Assembly: GCA_026025075.1 (NCBI GenBank)
Contig: JAPEUI010000156.1
Location: forward strand, 1-33,839
Length of the DNA stretch: 33,839 nt
Direction of reading: 5' to 3'
Source: Vezdaea acicularis
Lineage: Eukaryota
Shown here: one piece after another, positions 1 to 11,573 of the stretch
How the letters are laid out: each line of letters begins with the position of its first letter
Position numbering within the stretch: position 1 is the stretch's first letter
Translations under genes and position numbers: made by a program
The notes under the pieces: generated by a model
The model's input: the letters and a program-made list of their open reading frames with translations, nothing else
What the model was told of the DNA's origin: nothing
The model's database searches: none

Positions 1-690
1 GGCCTCTGGCCCGTCTACCGCGGCCTCGTCAGCCGCCCCCGCTCCATCGGCGACGCCGGCATCCTCTTCCTCCCCCAACGGCCCTACCTCAGCGTCGGCA
101 CCCTCCGCGACCAAGTCATCTACCCCCGCACCGAACTCGACATGCGCGAAGCCGGCCGCTCCGACCGCGACCTCCTCGCCGTCCTCGAGTCCGTCCGTCT
201 GGGCTACCTCCCCGACCGCGAGGGAGGCTGGGACGGCCGGAAAGTCTGGAAAGACGTCCTCTCCGGCGGCGAGAAGCAGCGCATGGCGTTTGCGCGCCTG
301 CTCTACCATCAACCGCGCTATGCGGTCGTTGACGAGGGCACTAGCGCCGTCTCCTCCGATGTCGAGGGCTTGCTGTATGAAACCTGCAAGCAGCGCGGTA
401 TCACCCTTGTCACCATCTCCACGAGAGCCAGTCTCAAGAAATACCATACCTTTCACCTCGAGCTGGGGCTTGGGGAGAGTGGGAGGGAGTGGCTCTTTGA
501 TCGCATTGGGACGGAGCAGGAGAAGATGGGGGTGGAGCGCGAGTTGGCGGGGTTGAGGGAGAGGTTGGCGAGGGTGGAGGGCTGGAGGAGGAGGAGAGAG
601 GAGATTGAGCGGGAGTTGGGAAGAGTTTGGGTTGAGGGCGGGGAGTTGGTCGAGCCTTCCCCCAATTCGGAAGTCCTGGTCGAGGGATGA
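1..690 (+). CDS. PXA1: Peroxisomal ABCD half-transporter (Pxa1/ALDP-like), 3' part of the nucleotide-binding domain; 5' end outside window
   Basis: Frame open from base 1: GLWPVYRGLVSRP...FLPQRPYLSVGTLRDQVIYP, ABC signature LSGGEKQRMAFAR, Walker B/D-loop AVVDEGTSAV, coiled-coil-like tail; TGA at 688-690. Confidence 0.9.
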   Translation, partial: GLWPVYRGLVSRPRSIGDAGILFLPQRPYLSVGTLRDQVIYPRTELDMREAGRSDRDLLAVLESVRLGYLPDREGGWDGRKVWKDVLSGGEKQRMAFARLLYHQPRYAVVDEGTSAVSSDVEGLLYETCKQRGITLVTISTRASLKKYHTFHLELGLGESGREWLFDRIGTEQEKMGVERELAGLRERLARVEGWRRRREEIERELGRVWVEGGELVEPSPNSEVLVEG

Positions 691-1092
691 ATCCAGGCAA
701 ACCGGTTTTGGGTTTTGGCGTATATCACCTGTAGGAGAAAACGCACTGTATGAGAAAGGGGGTGGAAAGACTCAAAACACCGTCGACGCCTCATCTCTCA
801 ACACCGGGCTCTGGCTTTCATGAAGTGAAAGCGCTCCTTTCATTCAAATGTCGTGTAGCTGAAACCATTCACATTTCCCCCCTGACCGATTCACTACTGC
901 ATGAATCATCTCAACTCACTTTCTTTCTTTCTCCTCACCACTTCCCTTTACTCTCAACACCTCCCCTCAGCAACTACTCTCACAACTAGACATAGACATA
1001 TTCAACTCCTATCACCACGAAGGAGGCCTCACCCAGTCATCTACCTCTGAACGGTACCTTCTCCGCCGCCGCCGCCCCAACGCGCGAAACAA

Positions 1093-1587
1093 ATGGAAGC
1101 AGAAGCCGCCCCCCTCCCACCACGTCCTACAAATTGCTTCAAGCCCAAAGACTGGGTATGGCCTCACACCTGGCTCCGAAGCGACATCCACGAGGCCGTT
1201 TACATGACCTTTAGCCTATTCGCCCAGCCAACAGCGCAACAGATGAACACAAGACTTGACAAAATCGAGAACGATTATCACGACTATCCTTGCAGCGCAC
1301 TCAGACGCACCTACAATATCAAGATCACGCGGGAATTCGACGATGAATTGGTGGAGGATTTCAAAAAGGCCTATCCGCAATGCGATGAGACGGACGCGCA
1401 GATTGAAAGGGCACTGAAGCTGGACCTCAAGACGAAACGTCGCATCCTGATTCAAGCGGCCTTGGAGGATGGCGTGGACACGAAGGGGGACTACCGGATG
1501 AAATGGAACACCACGAAGACTCTGATCCGATATCCACGCTTTGGAGTTGTGGAAGGTACAGGTAGGCAAGCTAGTCGCACGAAATAA
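1093..1587 (+). CDS. Hypothetical protein, 164 aa
   Basis: ATG in context ACAAATGG after a pyrimidine-rich region (~915-990); protein-like charged composition; followed by AATAAA-containing AT-rich sequence. No family recognised. Confidence 0.55.
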   Translation: MEAEAAPLPPRPTNCFKPKDWVWPHTWLRSDIHEAVYMTFSLFAQPTAQQMNTRLDKIENDYHDYPCSALRRTYNIKITREFDDELVEDFKKAYPQCDETDAQIERALKLDLKTKRRILIQAALEDGVDTKGDYRMKWNTTKTLIRYPRFGVVEGTGRQASRTK

Positions 1588-1847
1588 ATATAAATGAGAA
1601 AAGGATATTTCGTAGCCCCAAACCCGAATATATTCCTGAAATAAATAAGAAATGAGTCGAATATCCCCCATAAACGCCCGTAGAAAAAAAGCCAGAACAG
1701 ATAGCCGGACCGAACGTTAGGATCATGATAAAATAGCGCTGAGAGGATCGACGCCGCACCTCCTCAAGCCTCTCGAACGAGCAATATTCACAGTCTCCCT
1801 ACACCCCCTTACCCCATTGTGGTCCTCCCATGTCCATCAAAGCCACA

Positions 1848-3042
1848 TTATTGCACCTCCGTGAGATAATTCCGATATCGACAACCGCACATATCGCCAC
1901 TGGGCTCAGGCATCAGCCCATCCGTGACTCTACTGCCCTGTCCCGCGCCGTTCAGCAGTTGATAGCAGGTCGGCACATCGTTGCCGCCTCCGATACTATA
2001 CTGGACGTTGACAGCATACGGCCAGGGGGCGTACGGGCCCTTTGTGGTCGTCGAAGACGGAGCAGCGGTGGAGGTGCTCGTGGGGGCTGAGCCCGAGGCG
2101 GCGGAGGTCCCATTGGCGACGGTCCAGTCCTTGGTCTTTTTGGTGTAGAGCTCGGCGGTGAAGGTGGTGCCGTTGAAGTAGCACTGGGCGGTATGTGGGT
2201 CGCTGCCGATGGACTGGGTGGGGATGGTGACGATGTTGATGTGGGTGGAGAAGGTGTAGCGCTCGGAGGGGGAGCCGGCGTCGAGGAGGGTGAGGGGGAT
2301 GCTGCTGAACATGAAGGAGAAGGGGTTGGAGGTCGAGGAGATGGTGTAGGCTGGTGGGTTGGAGTTGGGGACGGAGTGGATCAGCCATTGGAAGGAGGCG
2401 CCGGTGGTGGAGGGGTCGGAGGAGAGGGTGCTGTAGGGATAGCAGCGCCATGTTGAAGCTTGGGAGGTGCAGTTTGTGGTTATGGTGTCTAGGAAGGTTT
2501 CATATGTCCATGAGCCTAGGGGAAAGGGCCCGTTGGGTGGAGGGCCGGGGGAGGTTGAGTTGGCTGCAGGTGGGGGGGAGCTAGAGTGGGTAAGGTCAGT
2601 CATCTGAGGAATGTGGCGCGGCTGGACAGAGGCCGTACCTGTTCTTGTGCTTTAATCCAACGACAAGTCCTACAATCAGACCAACTAGGACCGCGACAAC
2701 CACAAAGAAAACCAGACACACTCTCTTCCATCCTCCTCTCCTTGCTATGTACTTGTTATTCCTTACATCGTTCAGCTTCTCTCCATTCGGTCCAATGATA
2801 CCCGCATAGGCACTATATGGCGGCGGTGGAACATCGTGTTCATGTTGTGGTGGGTTTCCCAATTGGAAGCGTCGGAAAGCAGGTCTATGAGCCGCCTTGG
2901 GAGGGATTGGGGGCGGGTCGTCGGCGTTCTCCATGATGACTGATAGATGATGGTCCTCCGGTACGTCCAAATTCGAGGCCAGCGTCGAGGATCGCGATCG
3001 CGATGCTCCTGGCTGGGATCGCATCGTGAAAATGAAAGCCAT
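1848..3042 (-). CDS. Single-pass (type II) membrane protein, ~378 aa, with Cys-containing extracellular/lumenal domain
   Basis: Exons 3042-2639 and 2580-1848; intron 2638-2581 (GTACGG..ACTGAC..TAG) joins two ORFs in frame (1137 nt). Basic RRGGWKR precedes TM helix VCLVFFVVVAVLVGLIVGLVVGL; PPPPY motif N-terminally; Cys residues and NxS/T sequons C-terminally. Confidence 0.8.
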
Positions 3043-3990
3043 CTTGGTGGAAGTCGCGCGTCAAGCGCTTGTGCGCCAGCGCACGGCTGGTAAAGATATG
3101 TGTGACTTCGATACGGCGATTGTAATGATGTTGAAGAGATCGTAACAGCGGAAGAAAAAGTTGGTCAAGACCGAGGCCCAGAAGGCTGGACGTAATCTAA
3201 GAGAAATGACGGAAAGCGCGAAAGGACAATGGTCGACAGGAGAGGTTGAGGACAATTGAATGAGCGATGCCGAGAGGTTGTATGACAGGTACGACCTGCA
3301 GCTCTGACGATTGACAACGACGGGTGGACAAAGGAGGGTGAGGGACGTTCGGCTGGAGGTGAGTGGTGATGGTGCATGGATTGTCCTGACGGATTGGTTA
3401 TTGGATGTGTGGATTTCCCGGCCAAGCGACGGATTGGGGCGATCTGCGACGAGCCAATTAACGGGATGTTGTCATCGTCTCCGATCATTCGTTGAGCTTT
3501 AAGAGGCTGTAGATTTAAGGATTGACAGCCTCCGTTCCTTCATATCATTCCCTCAATGACCAAGACTTGTGCACACTTGCATCTTGATGTCGCAAACGTC
3601 CTCTTCCTAGCAGGACCAGATGGACGGGCGTGAGAGCACCAGCCAAGCTTCCACGGCCAAGCTGAGCGCGAGGGGCAGGAGATCTGCGGCTTGGATCTTG
3701 GCCCATGCACTATCCCTGTCCAAGCAATAAAGAGTAGCTGCATCGGGTCCTAGCTCCAACTTCGCTTCCACGCACGTTCCCTCTTCCGGCTGGTCTATGC
3801 AACCGCATCCCTCTGGATGCTGCAACAACTGCAACGATAAAGTCCAAATGCACGTGCTTAAGCTCGAGAAGAGCCTCGAAGATGTTGGAGTTCACGTTCG
3901 CTCTTGTTTATAGTCACTTGGTTGATGTATCTTTGTATAAGATGTTCTCTCACCACCCTCACGATTGTCAACATACTTGCAAGACAGACG

Positions 3991-5845
3991 CTACTCATAT
4001 CGCCAGTCCTTCATGCTAGGGAACCGATTGACCCACCAAAGATGCCAGGAACTGAACGGGTAGGTCGCGAAGTTCCAGCCGGTCTTCTGATCAACATAGT
4101 ACTGGCCGACAATCAGCGATGGCTAGGTTGACAGGCTAGCGGACTTACTGTGTTGCACTGGTCCGCCCAGACCCTTTGTTTCAAAGCCTTCTGAAGCGTG
4201 TTCGACCAGCTCTTTTCAGCCTCATATTTCACCTCGACCTCGGCTTTCTGCTTTTTGAGTATGGGCCGGATCATCCTTATGATTAGTTGCACCGTGCTGG
4301 AGGAGCTCGTCAGCTCGGACACCTAGCACACCTAGAATGCATGGGTGCGTACCATTCGATAGAGTATATGACACTCGTATGACCAGTGGATGCATTCGGT
4401 CCCAATACGATGAAGAAGTTCGGGAAGTCGGTCATGGCAGTCGCCTTGTAAGCTTCTAGCCCCCCGAATCGTGCCCAATGCTCGTGGAGCGTGGTCCCAT
4501 TGCGACCCCTGATGGGGATATTGAATTGGGAAACTGCGAAGCCATTCGCTAGTATCTGTCCGCTGGTCAGGAGGGTTTCAAGACTTCGGGAGTAATTAAG
4601 GGGTCTACAATGACATCAGACGGGTAGTGTCTTCCTGACTTCGTGACAACCGCCTGCGGCTCTATCTCAACGATTGGATCGTCGGTCATGTGCACGTTGG
4701 GTCGTGCAAGGCATGACACATACCCGGGGTCGAAGATACGACGTTTACAACCAACGGCGTACTTTGGCGTCAGCATGTCCCAGTACTCCTCTAATTTATG
4801 TTAGTGAGTCGGTAGAATTGTTGGAGGGAAACGAAGGGGGTAAGACACACTCGGCGCATGCTTCTTGATGTGTTTCTGGCTCATTTCGCGGGCCTTCTCA
4901 CGCAGCCTCTCTCCCCTCTTGTTCAGGTAGAACTGTGCAAAATCTGACTCTAATAGGAGAAAGATGGCCCACCGGAAGAAGGTGTCAAAGCCAGGCACAT
5001 ATCGCAGCATCCATTTCCACCGGCTGGGAATGGTGAGGTTGGGTCGTGGAAAGTAATATTGCGGAGTCTTCAAAAGTCAGTATTTCGCTATAAGGGATGA
5101 AAGAAGAGGACGAACCCTAATAAATTGATACAAATGGCTGACTTCATCTGCTATTGCTGGTATGATTTGTGTGGCCGAACCTAAAGAAGACATCAATTAT
5201 CCGTGCTCCTACTGGTGACCAAGGGTGCCCACATCCGTTTCCAACGACCGCAACATCTTTGTCTTTCAAGACGACATCGTGCTTCCACCTTGCGCTGTGC
5301 ACTATTTCTCCCCTGAAGTGGTCAATACCAGGAAAATTGAATTCATTCGGATTGACCAGGCCTCCAACGCAAGATATCAATAGTTTAGACTCTTGAGTAA
5401 AGTATTCTCCTGTTGTCAAATCCTTAAAGCGATTGATCCAGCTCTTGTTTTCTTCTTGCCAGTCTCCACCTTCCCACGATATGTTACATTCTATGTGTCT
5501 TTCAACGCCGAATCTTTTTGCAACATCTTTTATGTACTGATGAATCTCCGACTGGTCGGGAAAGACCTTTGAAAAGTTGGGATTTGGAGCAAACGACAGA
5601 CTGTAGCAGATGGAGGGAATGTCAACGCCGCAGCCAGGATCTGGAATCAGTCAGTCGGCGCCACACTCCATTGGAATAGCGAGCACACATTGATTGGCAA
5701 ACCAAGTCCCGCCGTAATCTGGCGACCTCTCGTAAAGAATGAATTCTTCAAAGCCTAGCTTTGCTTTGAGTTGACAAGCCATTGCAATTCCTGAAAAGCC
5801 CCCGCCGATTACAAGAACTGGGGTAAATGGCCTCTGAGTAGCCAT
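3991..5845 (-). CDS. Flavin-containing monooxygenase, Baeyer-Villiger/cyclohexanone monooxygenase family; 8 exons
   Basis: Rossmann motif VIGGGFSG, GGTWFANQYPGCGVD, fingerprint FRGEIVHSARW (FxGxxxHxxxW), second Rossmann VVGNGCSA, GCKRRIFD, ILANGF, FPNFFIVLGPN. Seven GT-AG introns rejoin the fragments; ends KDWRYE* at 3991. Confidence 0.9.
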
Positions 5846-6600
5846 AATGAAGTAGAAATAGCAAAGATATAATAGACTTATACAGATTGCTCGAAGCGCT
5901 TATGAGTGAGCTGTATATACGCAATTAGGTATATACATCCTGAGGGTGTAGTCACCCCATATGATACTGAACGCGACGGGGAACGTTGCCTCGAGCTTTG
6001 ACCCGCCACCAACTGAGCGACTTGTGAGGCCATTGCCTCGGCCTGGATGAATGGCGCATTGCGCCTAGATCCTTTCGCTAGATGCGATCGAGGTTGAGAT
6101 ATCCAATGAGAGTGAAGCACTCTGTTATGACTTTGAGGGTAGAAAATAAATATTAATGAATTGAGTAATGTCTATTGACGTCGCCTAATTCTATATCATC
6201 ATACTAAAGGGGCGATCGCCCGTTCAATGTAGATCAAGTGATGGGTTGAAGAAGCTTGCGCGTTCTCGTCAACCACAGGATGTAGGTTGACCTTCTCGCG
6301 ACAAATAGACCCCACGACAGACCATGGCCATGCTTGAAGCAATGAGAAACCCTGGTCGTACTTGGCGGCAACCCTGTGCGCACAGGTTACTCATGCATGT
6401 AGACTTTCTTTACCCAGTGGTGTCCTATATGCTAGAGCTCAGAGCTAACTTTCCAAGTCCTTCATGAAGGGCTTCTATCAATCGATGCCGCACCATCATC
6501 TAATACTGCTGTCAACACTTCGAGCCTCTAGACGCGCTCACTCTAACACGGGGCGCATTGCTCCCTCCACTATCTTTCACCTTACACGACCACCATTAAA

Positions 6601-7888
6601 ATGATCAAGTCCCTCTTCTACAGCAAGTTCCACCCACGCGAAGGCCCAAAAGTGCAGCACCAGGTACCCTCTGGGAGCATAACGCCCCAACCGGGCTCCC
6701 CTCCACCACTCATCGACTTCGACTCCCTAGTAACCTTTCTGATCCCACGTCAAGAGTTCTGCGACCAGCCCATCAGCATCAATGTCCCGTCCTACCGTGT
6801 CCTTGGCTACCCGGTATGCGTCACGAACCGCAAATACGAGCGCAACGAGTATATCTTCAACTTCGCCATCGTGCTGGACGTGCACGCGGACGCAAGCGGG
6901 TATGCCGCTGTGGTGCGGAAGCTGGCAATGCTGTTCCGCGCGCTGGAGGAGCAGGGAGAGTGGCTGAGTAGGGCGGGGGAGGCCGAGAATGAGGGGAAGG
7001 TGTATGCGGTCTGCGAGATGATATTGGAGGATCTGAATAACTACTGCGAGTGTATGATACCAATCGGTATGCCCAACTCTGCGCCTTAAAGTCTCCACAC
7101 GATCCATCTGCTAACCCACACCCCCAGACGACTCCAACACCATCAACATCAAACTCTTCCCCTCCTACCCGCCCCCCGCCGCCATAAAACCTTACCACGT
7201 CCCCCTCCCCACCATCTCCCTCAGCACCGTCGCCGACAAGAACTGGGACCTAACCATGCTGACCATCCTGCCCCACATCGACGGGATCAACAGCGTCTCG
7301 CGCATCTCCCAACTCGCAGACGCCTCCCCGCGCCTCGTCCGCGCCGCCCTCGAGCACCTACTGTACTACTCCTGCATCCTCCTCCTGGACGTCTGGTCCT
7401 TCAGCAACACCTACGCCGCCACGCCCGAGATCCTGCTCTTCATCAGCAACGGCGCCATGCAGGCCGAATGCGCCGCCTACGTCGCCTCCCAGGGCCCTTT
7501 TGGCGCTCGGATCGAGACGGAGCGCCTGCTTCCCCTGTATCTCAGTCTGCGTCAGGGCTTGAGCGTCAAGAGTTGGGTCTTGGAGAATAGGGAGAGGCTT
7601 GATGGCGTTGATGTGAGGAGGTTCGTCACGTTTGGTGTTGTTAAGGGGTTTTTGTATAGAGTGCATAAGTATGCGATTTGGAAGGGGCGGGCGCCGAAGA
7701 CGCTTGGAGCGGCGGCGCAGGCGGGTGTGGCGGCGGATGGGCCGGGGGTGGGGGAGGGTAAGCGCTTGGAGCGGTTCTTGGATGGCACGCATTGCTTCGA
7801 TGAGATCTGTACTGCGCTGGAGTGTAGCGAGCGGGAGCTGATGGCCAAGCTGAAGAGAGTGGGGACCGTGCAAATCATACATCGTTAG
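6601..7888 (+). CDS. NPR2: Nitrogen permease regulator 2 (GATOR1/SEACIT subunit), ~408 aa
   Basis: MIKSLFYSKFHPREGPKV...KYERNEYIFNF...LEDLNNYCECMIPIDDSNTINIKLFP...LDGTHCFDEICT. Exons 6601-7066 and 7128-7888; intron 7067-7127 (GTATGC..GCTAAC..CAG). Confidence 0.93.
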
Positions 7889-8051
7889 GCGTCGGATAGA
7901 TATCCCGTGGGGAGGGCTATGTATACTATCGGAGACGCGGTGGATTATGATATGTAGGCCTTTTAGCTTTTTGAATTCCACTATGTGCACTAGCCACTCT
8001 GACACCTCTACGCTCTAATCGAAAAGGAGAGAAACCACACCACCACGGCCC

Positions 8052-10195
8052 TCACTTCCCACGATCTATCTCCTCCAGCCGAATACTCACCGCCCTGCGA
8101 TGCGCCTCCAACTCCTCGACCCTCGCCAGCTGCATGACCGCGCCCCCCACATTCCTCAAGCCCTGCTTCGTCAAATTCGCGCTGGTGATATGCTTAACAT
8201 ACGATCCAAGATTGACGCCAGAGTACTGTTTCGCATAGCCATAAGTGGGAAGGGAATGATTGACGCCGGCGGCGTAATCGCCGACGCTCTCGGGGGTCCA
8301 GGGGCCGAGGAAGACGCTGCCGGCATTCTCCACCATCTCGAGGACCTGCTCGGCGTTCCGGACTTGCAGGATGAGGTGTTCGGGGGCGTAGTCGTTGCTG
8401 AGCTGCATGGCTTCGGTGATAGTTTTCGCGAGGAGGGTTACGGAGTGTTGGATGGCGCCGCGGACGATGTCGACGCGGGGGAGCAAGTTCGCTTGGGCGT
8501 GCAGCTCGGCTTCGATAGCGGCGAGGGCGGGTTCGTCGAGGTCGACGGCGATTAGGATGACTTGAGAGTCCGTGCCGTGTTCTGCCTGGCTGAGGAGGTC
8601 GGAGGCGACGAAGGCAGGGTTGGCGGTTGTGTCCGCAACGACAAGAACTTCGCTCGGACCAGCAGGCATGTCGATGCTGACACCAGCACTCGTATCGTTC
8701 GACACGATCATCTTTGCGGCGGTGACGAATTGGTTTCCTGGGCCAAGGATCTTGTCGACTTTGCTAACGCTTTCAGTCCCGTATGCCATGGCAGCAACCG
8801 CTTGGGCGCCGCCGGCAAGGACGATGCTCTCGGCGCCGACTTTGTGGGCGGCGTATACGATCTCAGGGGTAATCGAGCCATCCGATCTTGGGGGCGAGGC
8901 GAGCACGATTTTCTTGCAACCGGCGACCATCGCGGGTATGCCGAGCATGAGCGCGGTCGAGGGGAGAATGGCGGTCCCGCCGGGGACGTACAGGCCGACG
9001 CGCTCGATGGGCCGGCTGAAGCGCGAGCAGACCACGCCGGGCATCGTCTCGACGATCAGGGGTTTCTCCTCCTTTTGCGCGCTGTGGAACTTGCGGATGT
9101 TCTCGAAGGCTATGTCGATGGCTTGTATGGTCTCGGGGGGGAGTTGCATGAGGGATGCTGGGAAAGGGGCGCGGATGACGGGAGATGTGAGGGAGGTGGC
9201 TTTTTCGAACTTGTGGGTGTATTCGAGGAGGGCGGTGTCTCCTCTAGCTCGGACGTCTTTAATGATTGGATTGACAATTCCCATTATTTGGTCGGTCGAG
9301 CGCTGTGAAGGCCTTTGGAGTACCTCTTGGAGAGTTGTTGCTGGAGTAGTGGTAGTGTCGTATCGCCTCATCTGTATCCTTCCATCCTTAACACCTGAAG
9401 GATCGTTGGCGCTCTCAGGGACTGAGGTAGCTACTTTAACCACCTCTTGACTGTCACTGTTTGTGTTCGTATCCGTGACACCATTCGCAATACCCTCCCT
9501 CTCCGCCCACGGCCCCTTAGCATCGCCTTTCCTCCTCGTCGTCTGCCTGCTCTTCTCATCCAGATTCCTCTCAATATCCTCCAAACTCACCCCCGCACCA
9601 ACACACTTCGTGAGCGCAAAGTAAATGAGATCTGCCGCCTCGAACGCAACCTCCTCCTTCGACTCCGCAGCGCACAGCTCATCCGCCTCCTCCATGATCT
9701 TCGCCCTGAGCAACTTCGGGTCATTATAAAGCCGCGCCGTATACGAGCCCGCCGGCGCACTCTCCTTCCTCGCCCGAAGCGTCTGCTGAAGCTTCGAAAG
9801 ACCGGTGTAATCGCCGAAACACGTCGCTGTCTGCAAGTGGCAGAACCCTACTCGCGCATGAGCGGTGATGGAGCATTACAATCGGGCATCAAAAACCTAC
9901 CGTTCCCCTTCTGCCGCACAACGAACCTCAAGCTGTCCGCATCGCAATCTAGCTCGATCCTGACAACCTCTTGGGTATCCCCGCTGCTCTCGCCTTTATA
10001 CCACAGCCCGCGCTTCCTACTCTGATACACGCCTCGCCCGGTCTTGAGACTCTCCTCCACGCTGGCTTTCGAGCTATAGACTAATCCGAGCGCGACGCCC
10101 AGTTCGTTCGTGACGATGGTGGGAATGAGCCCGTCGTCTCGATCGGACACGATTGTGTCGAGCAGCTCGGGCGTGAGTTCCCTCGTGGCTGCCAT
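8052..10195 (-). CDS. HIS4: Histidine biosynthesis trifunctional protein (PR-AMP cyclohydrolase / PR-ATP pyrophosphatase / histidinol dehydrogenase), ~696 aa
   Basis: LGLVYSS...YQSRKRGLWYKGESSG...DCDAD..FCH (PRA-CH), GSYTARL..KIMEEADE..EAADLIYF (PRA-PH), IDMPAGPSEVLV, SQAEHG, APEHL (HDH). Exons 10195-9901 and 9847-8052; intron 9900-9848. Start in context ACAATGG; an in-frame ATG at 10222 is an alternative. Confidence 0.96.
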
Positions 10196-10214
10196 TGTCT
10201 CGCGCGTGCGGTGG

Positions 10215-10221
10215 TGATTCA
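10215..10221. promoter_or_regulatory. Possible Gcn4/CpcA (cross-pathway control) element variant TGATTCA
   Basis: GTGATTCAT, one mismatch from TGASTCA, just upstream of HIS4, a classic Gcn4/CpcA target. It is very close to the ATG and may lie in the 5' UTR. Confidence 0.3.
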
Positions 10222-10556
10222 TAGAAATGGATGGTGTCGCGTAGTGGGGTGAGTGTCAGTCGAGAAATTATTTTGCGGGATTGTTCCACTAGCGCCCAAT
10301 GCAACCAAAGCATAACTTAAACTCTGAATGCACGCTGACAACATGTCGTCCACCTGTCTCCAGAGTTTTTGGCATTTTCGAAGTAAATCAATCTGTGATC
10401 GTTATTTAGTACCTTTACTTGTGGCCATCTAGGTCCTACGCATCAACCCCCCCTGTCCCTCCCCGCGCTCTTCGCCCTTTCCGCCCATCTCCGCCCCGCC
10501 CCGCCCCTCCACCCCGCTCGACCTCCGAGTCCGCTTCCCCCAAAAAATCCAACCCC

Positions 10557-11349
10557 ATGAGCGACACCAGTTCCACGTACGCCCCCCCCCCTCCCCATTC
10601 CATCCCCAACCACACTCACCCCCCCTCCCAGCCGCTCCTCCCCCCACCCCGGCCCAATACCCAAAACCCTCCGAATCGTCGGCCCCGAGAACAGCGGCCG
10701 CGAAACCCTCGCCGGGTGCCTCCTCTACAAAGTTCTCTCTCCCCCCTTTTCCCCTTTCCCCAACCCCTTTCCCCCTAACTAACCCCCACCAGGCCAACGC
10801 CCTCCCCCCCTCCCTCCTCACCCGTTTCTCCAACAGCCACATCCGCTCGTACTCTTCCATCGTTCCGACCCTCCTCTCATGGAACATCCCCCCCAGCTTC
10901 GACACAGTCCGGTACCGCATCTCCTACACGACGGCGCCTGATCCGGATATCCTCCTCCTCGTCATATCGACGAGTCCGATGATGGAAACGATCCCCGACG
11001 ACGTCTCGAGCGAGCAGGTAAGGCTCTACCGGGAGACTAGAAACGTGGTTGTATGTGTTAGTGGGATGTAAGGTTCCCCCCTGTATCCCCTCCTGATGCG
11101 ACCACCCCGCTGACGGGTTGATGAGGATATAGGGAAACAGTATCCTGGTCCGAACCCGCCTTCCTCTCTGTCGTCGAAGCTGTAACCGATATCCTCGACG
11201 CGGTAGGCGTGGATACGTCCCGTGTGCCGTTCATACCGGTGGATTGTGCGACGGGGGCGAATTTCTTTGAGTTTTCGGCAAAGGCGCCGTGGTTTGAGGC
11301 GAGGGAGGGGGCGAGGACGGTCTTGGAGGCGTTGGATGGGTGTGTTTGA
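10557..11349 (+). CDS. Degenerate EF1A/HBS1/eRF3-like G-domain-only protein (probable pseudo-GTPase), ~203 aa, 4 exons
   Basis: Exons 10557-10576, 10632-10731, 10793-11067, 11133-11349 (612 nt, in frame). Product: LRIVGPENSGRETLAGCLLYK...FDTVRYRISY..DILLLVIS...NVVVCVSGMETVSWSEPAF...VPFIPVDCATGANFFEFSAKAPWF...TVLEALD, colinear with EF1A domain I. Exon 1 and the weak GTTCTC donor of intron 2 are least certain. Confidence 0.75.
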
Positions 11350-11573
11350 TTAGATTAGATTGATTGATTAGGGGATGGGATGGGGGTTGGGATGGCGTCA
11401 CGAGGTAGAAAGCAGTGGGACGCGAGAGAGGGAAAGGTAGAGGGGGATCAGCATGAAGAGCTCTGCATAACGAGAGTATCCACCGAGCGCGCAAACCCAT
11501 TCTACCACTCCATCTCCTTCCCAAACCCTCCTCCTCCCCCCCCACAAACCGAGCCATCCAGCTATGTAACCCC

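Noticed and set aside
1585..1740. TpA-rich stretch with repeated in-frame TAA/TAG after the 164-aa ORF, suggestive of RIP damage to a longer gene
   Set aside because: A second frame checked has a similar number of stops, and the region lies between convergent genes with AATAAA motifs; a terminator is the simpler explanation.
3991..5845. Monooxygenase as part of a secondary-metabolite cluster
   Set aside because: Neighbours are housekeeping or unknown genes; no PKS, NRPS, terpene synthase or cluster regulator in the window.
8100..10025. Long plus-strand ORFs (151-292 aa) overlapping HIS4
   Set aside because: Antisense shadows of a GC-rich coding gene; no independent motifs.
10429..10920. 163-aa minus-strand ORF as the missing HIS4 N-terminus
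   Set aside because: Gly-rich antisense of the C-rich EF1A-like gene; no resemblance to His4 and it stops at 10429.
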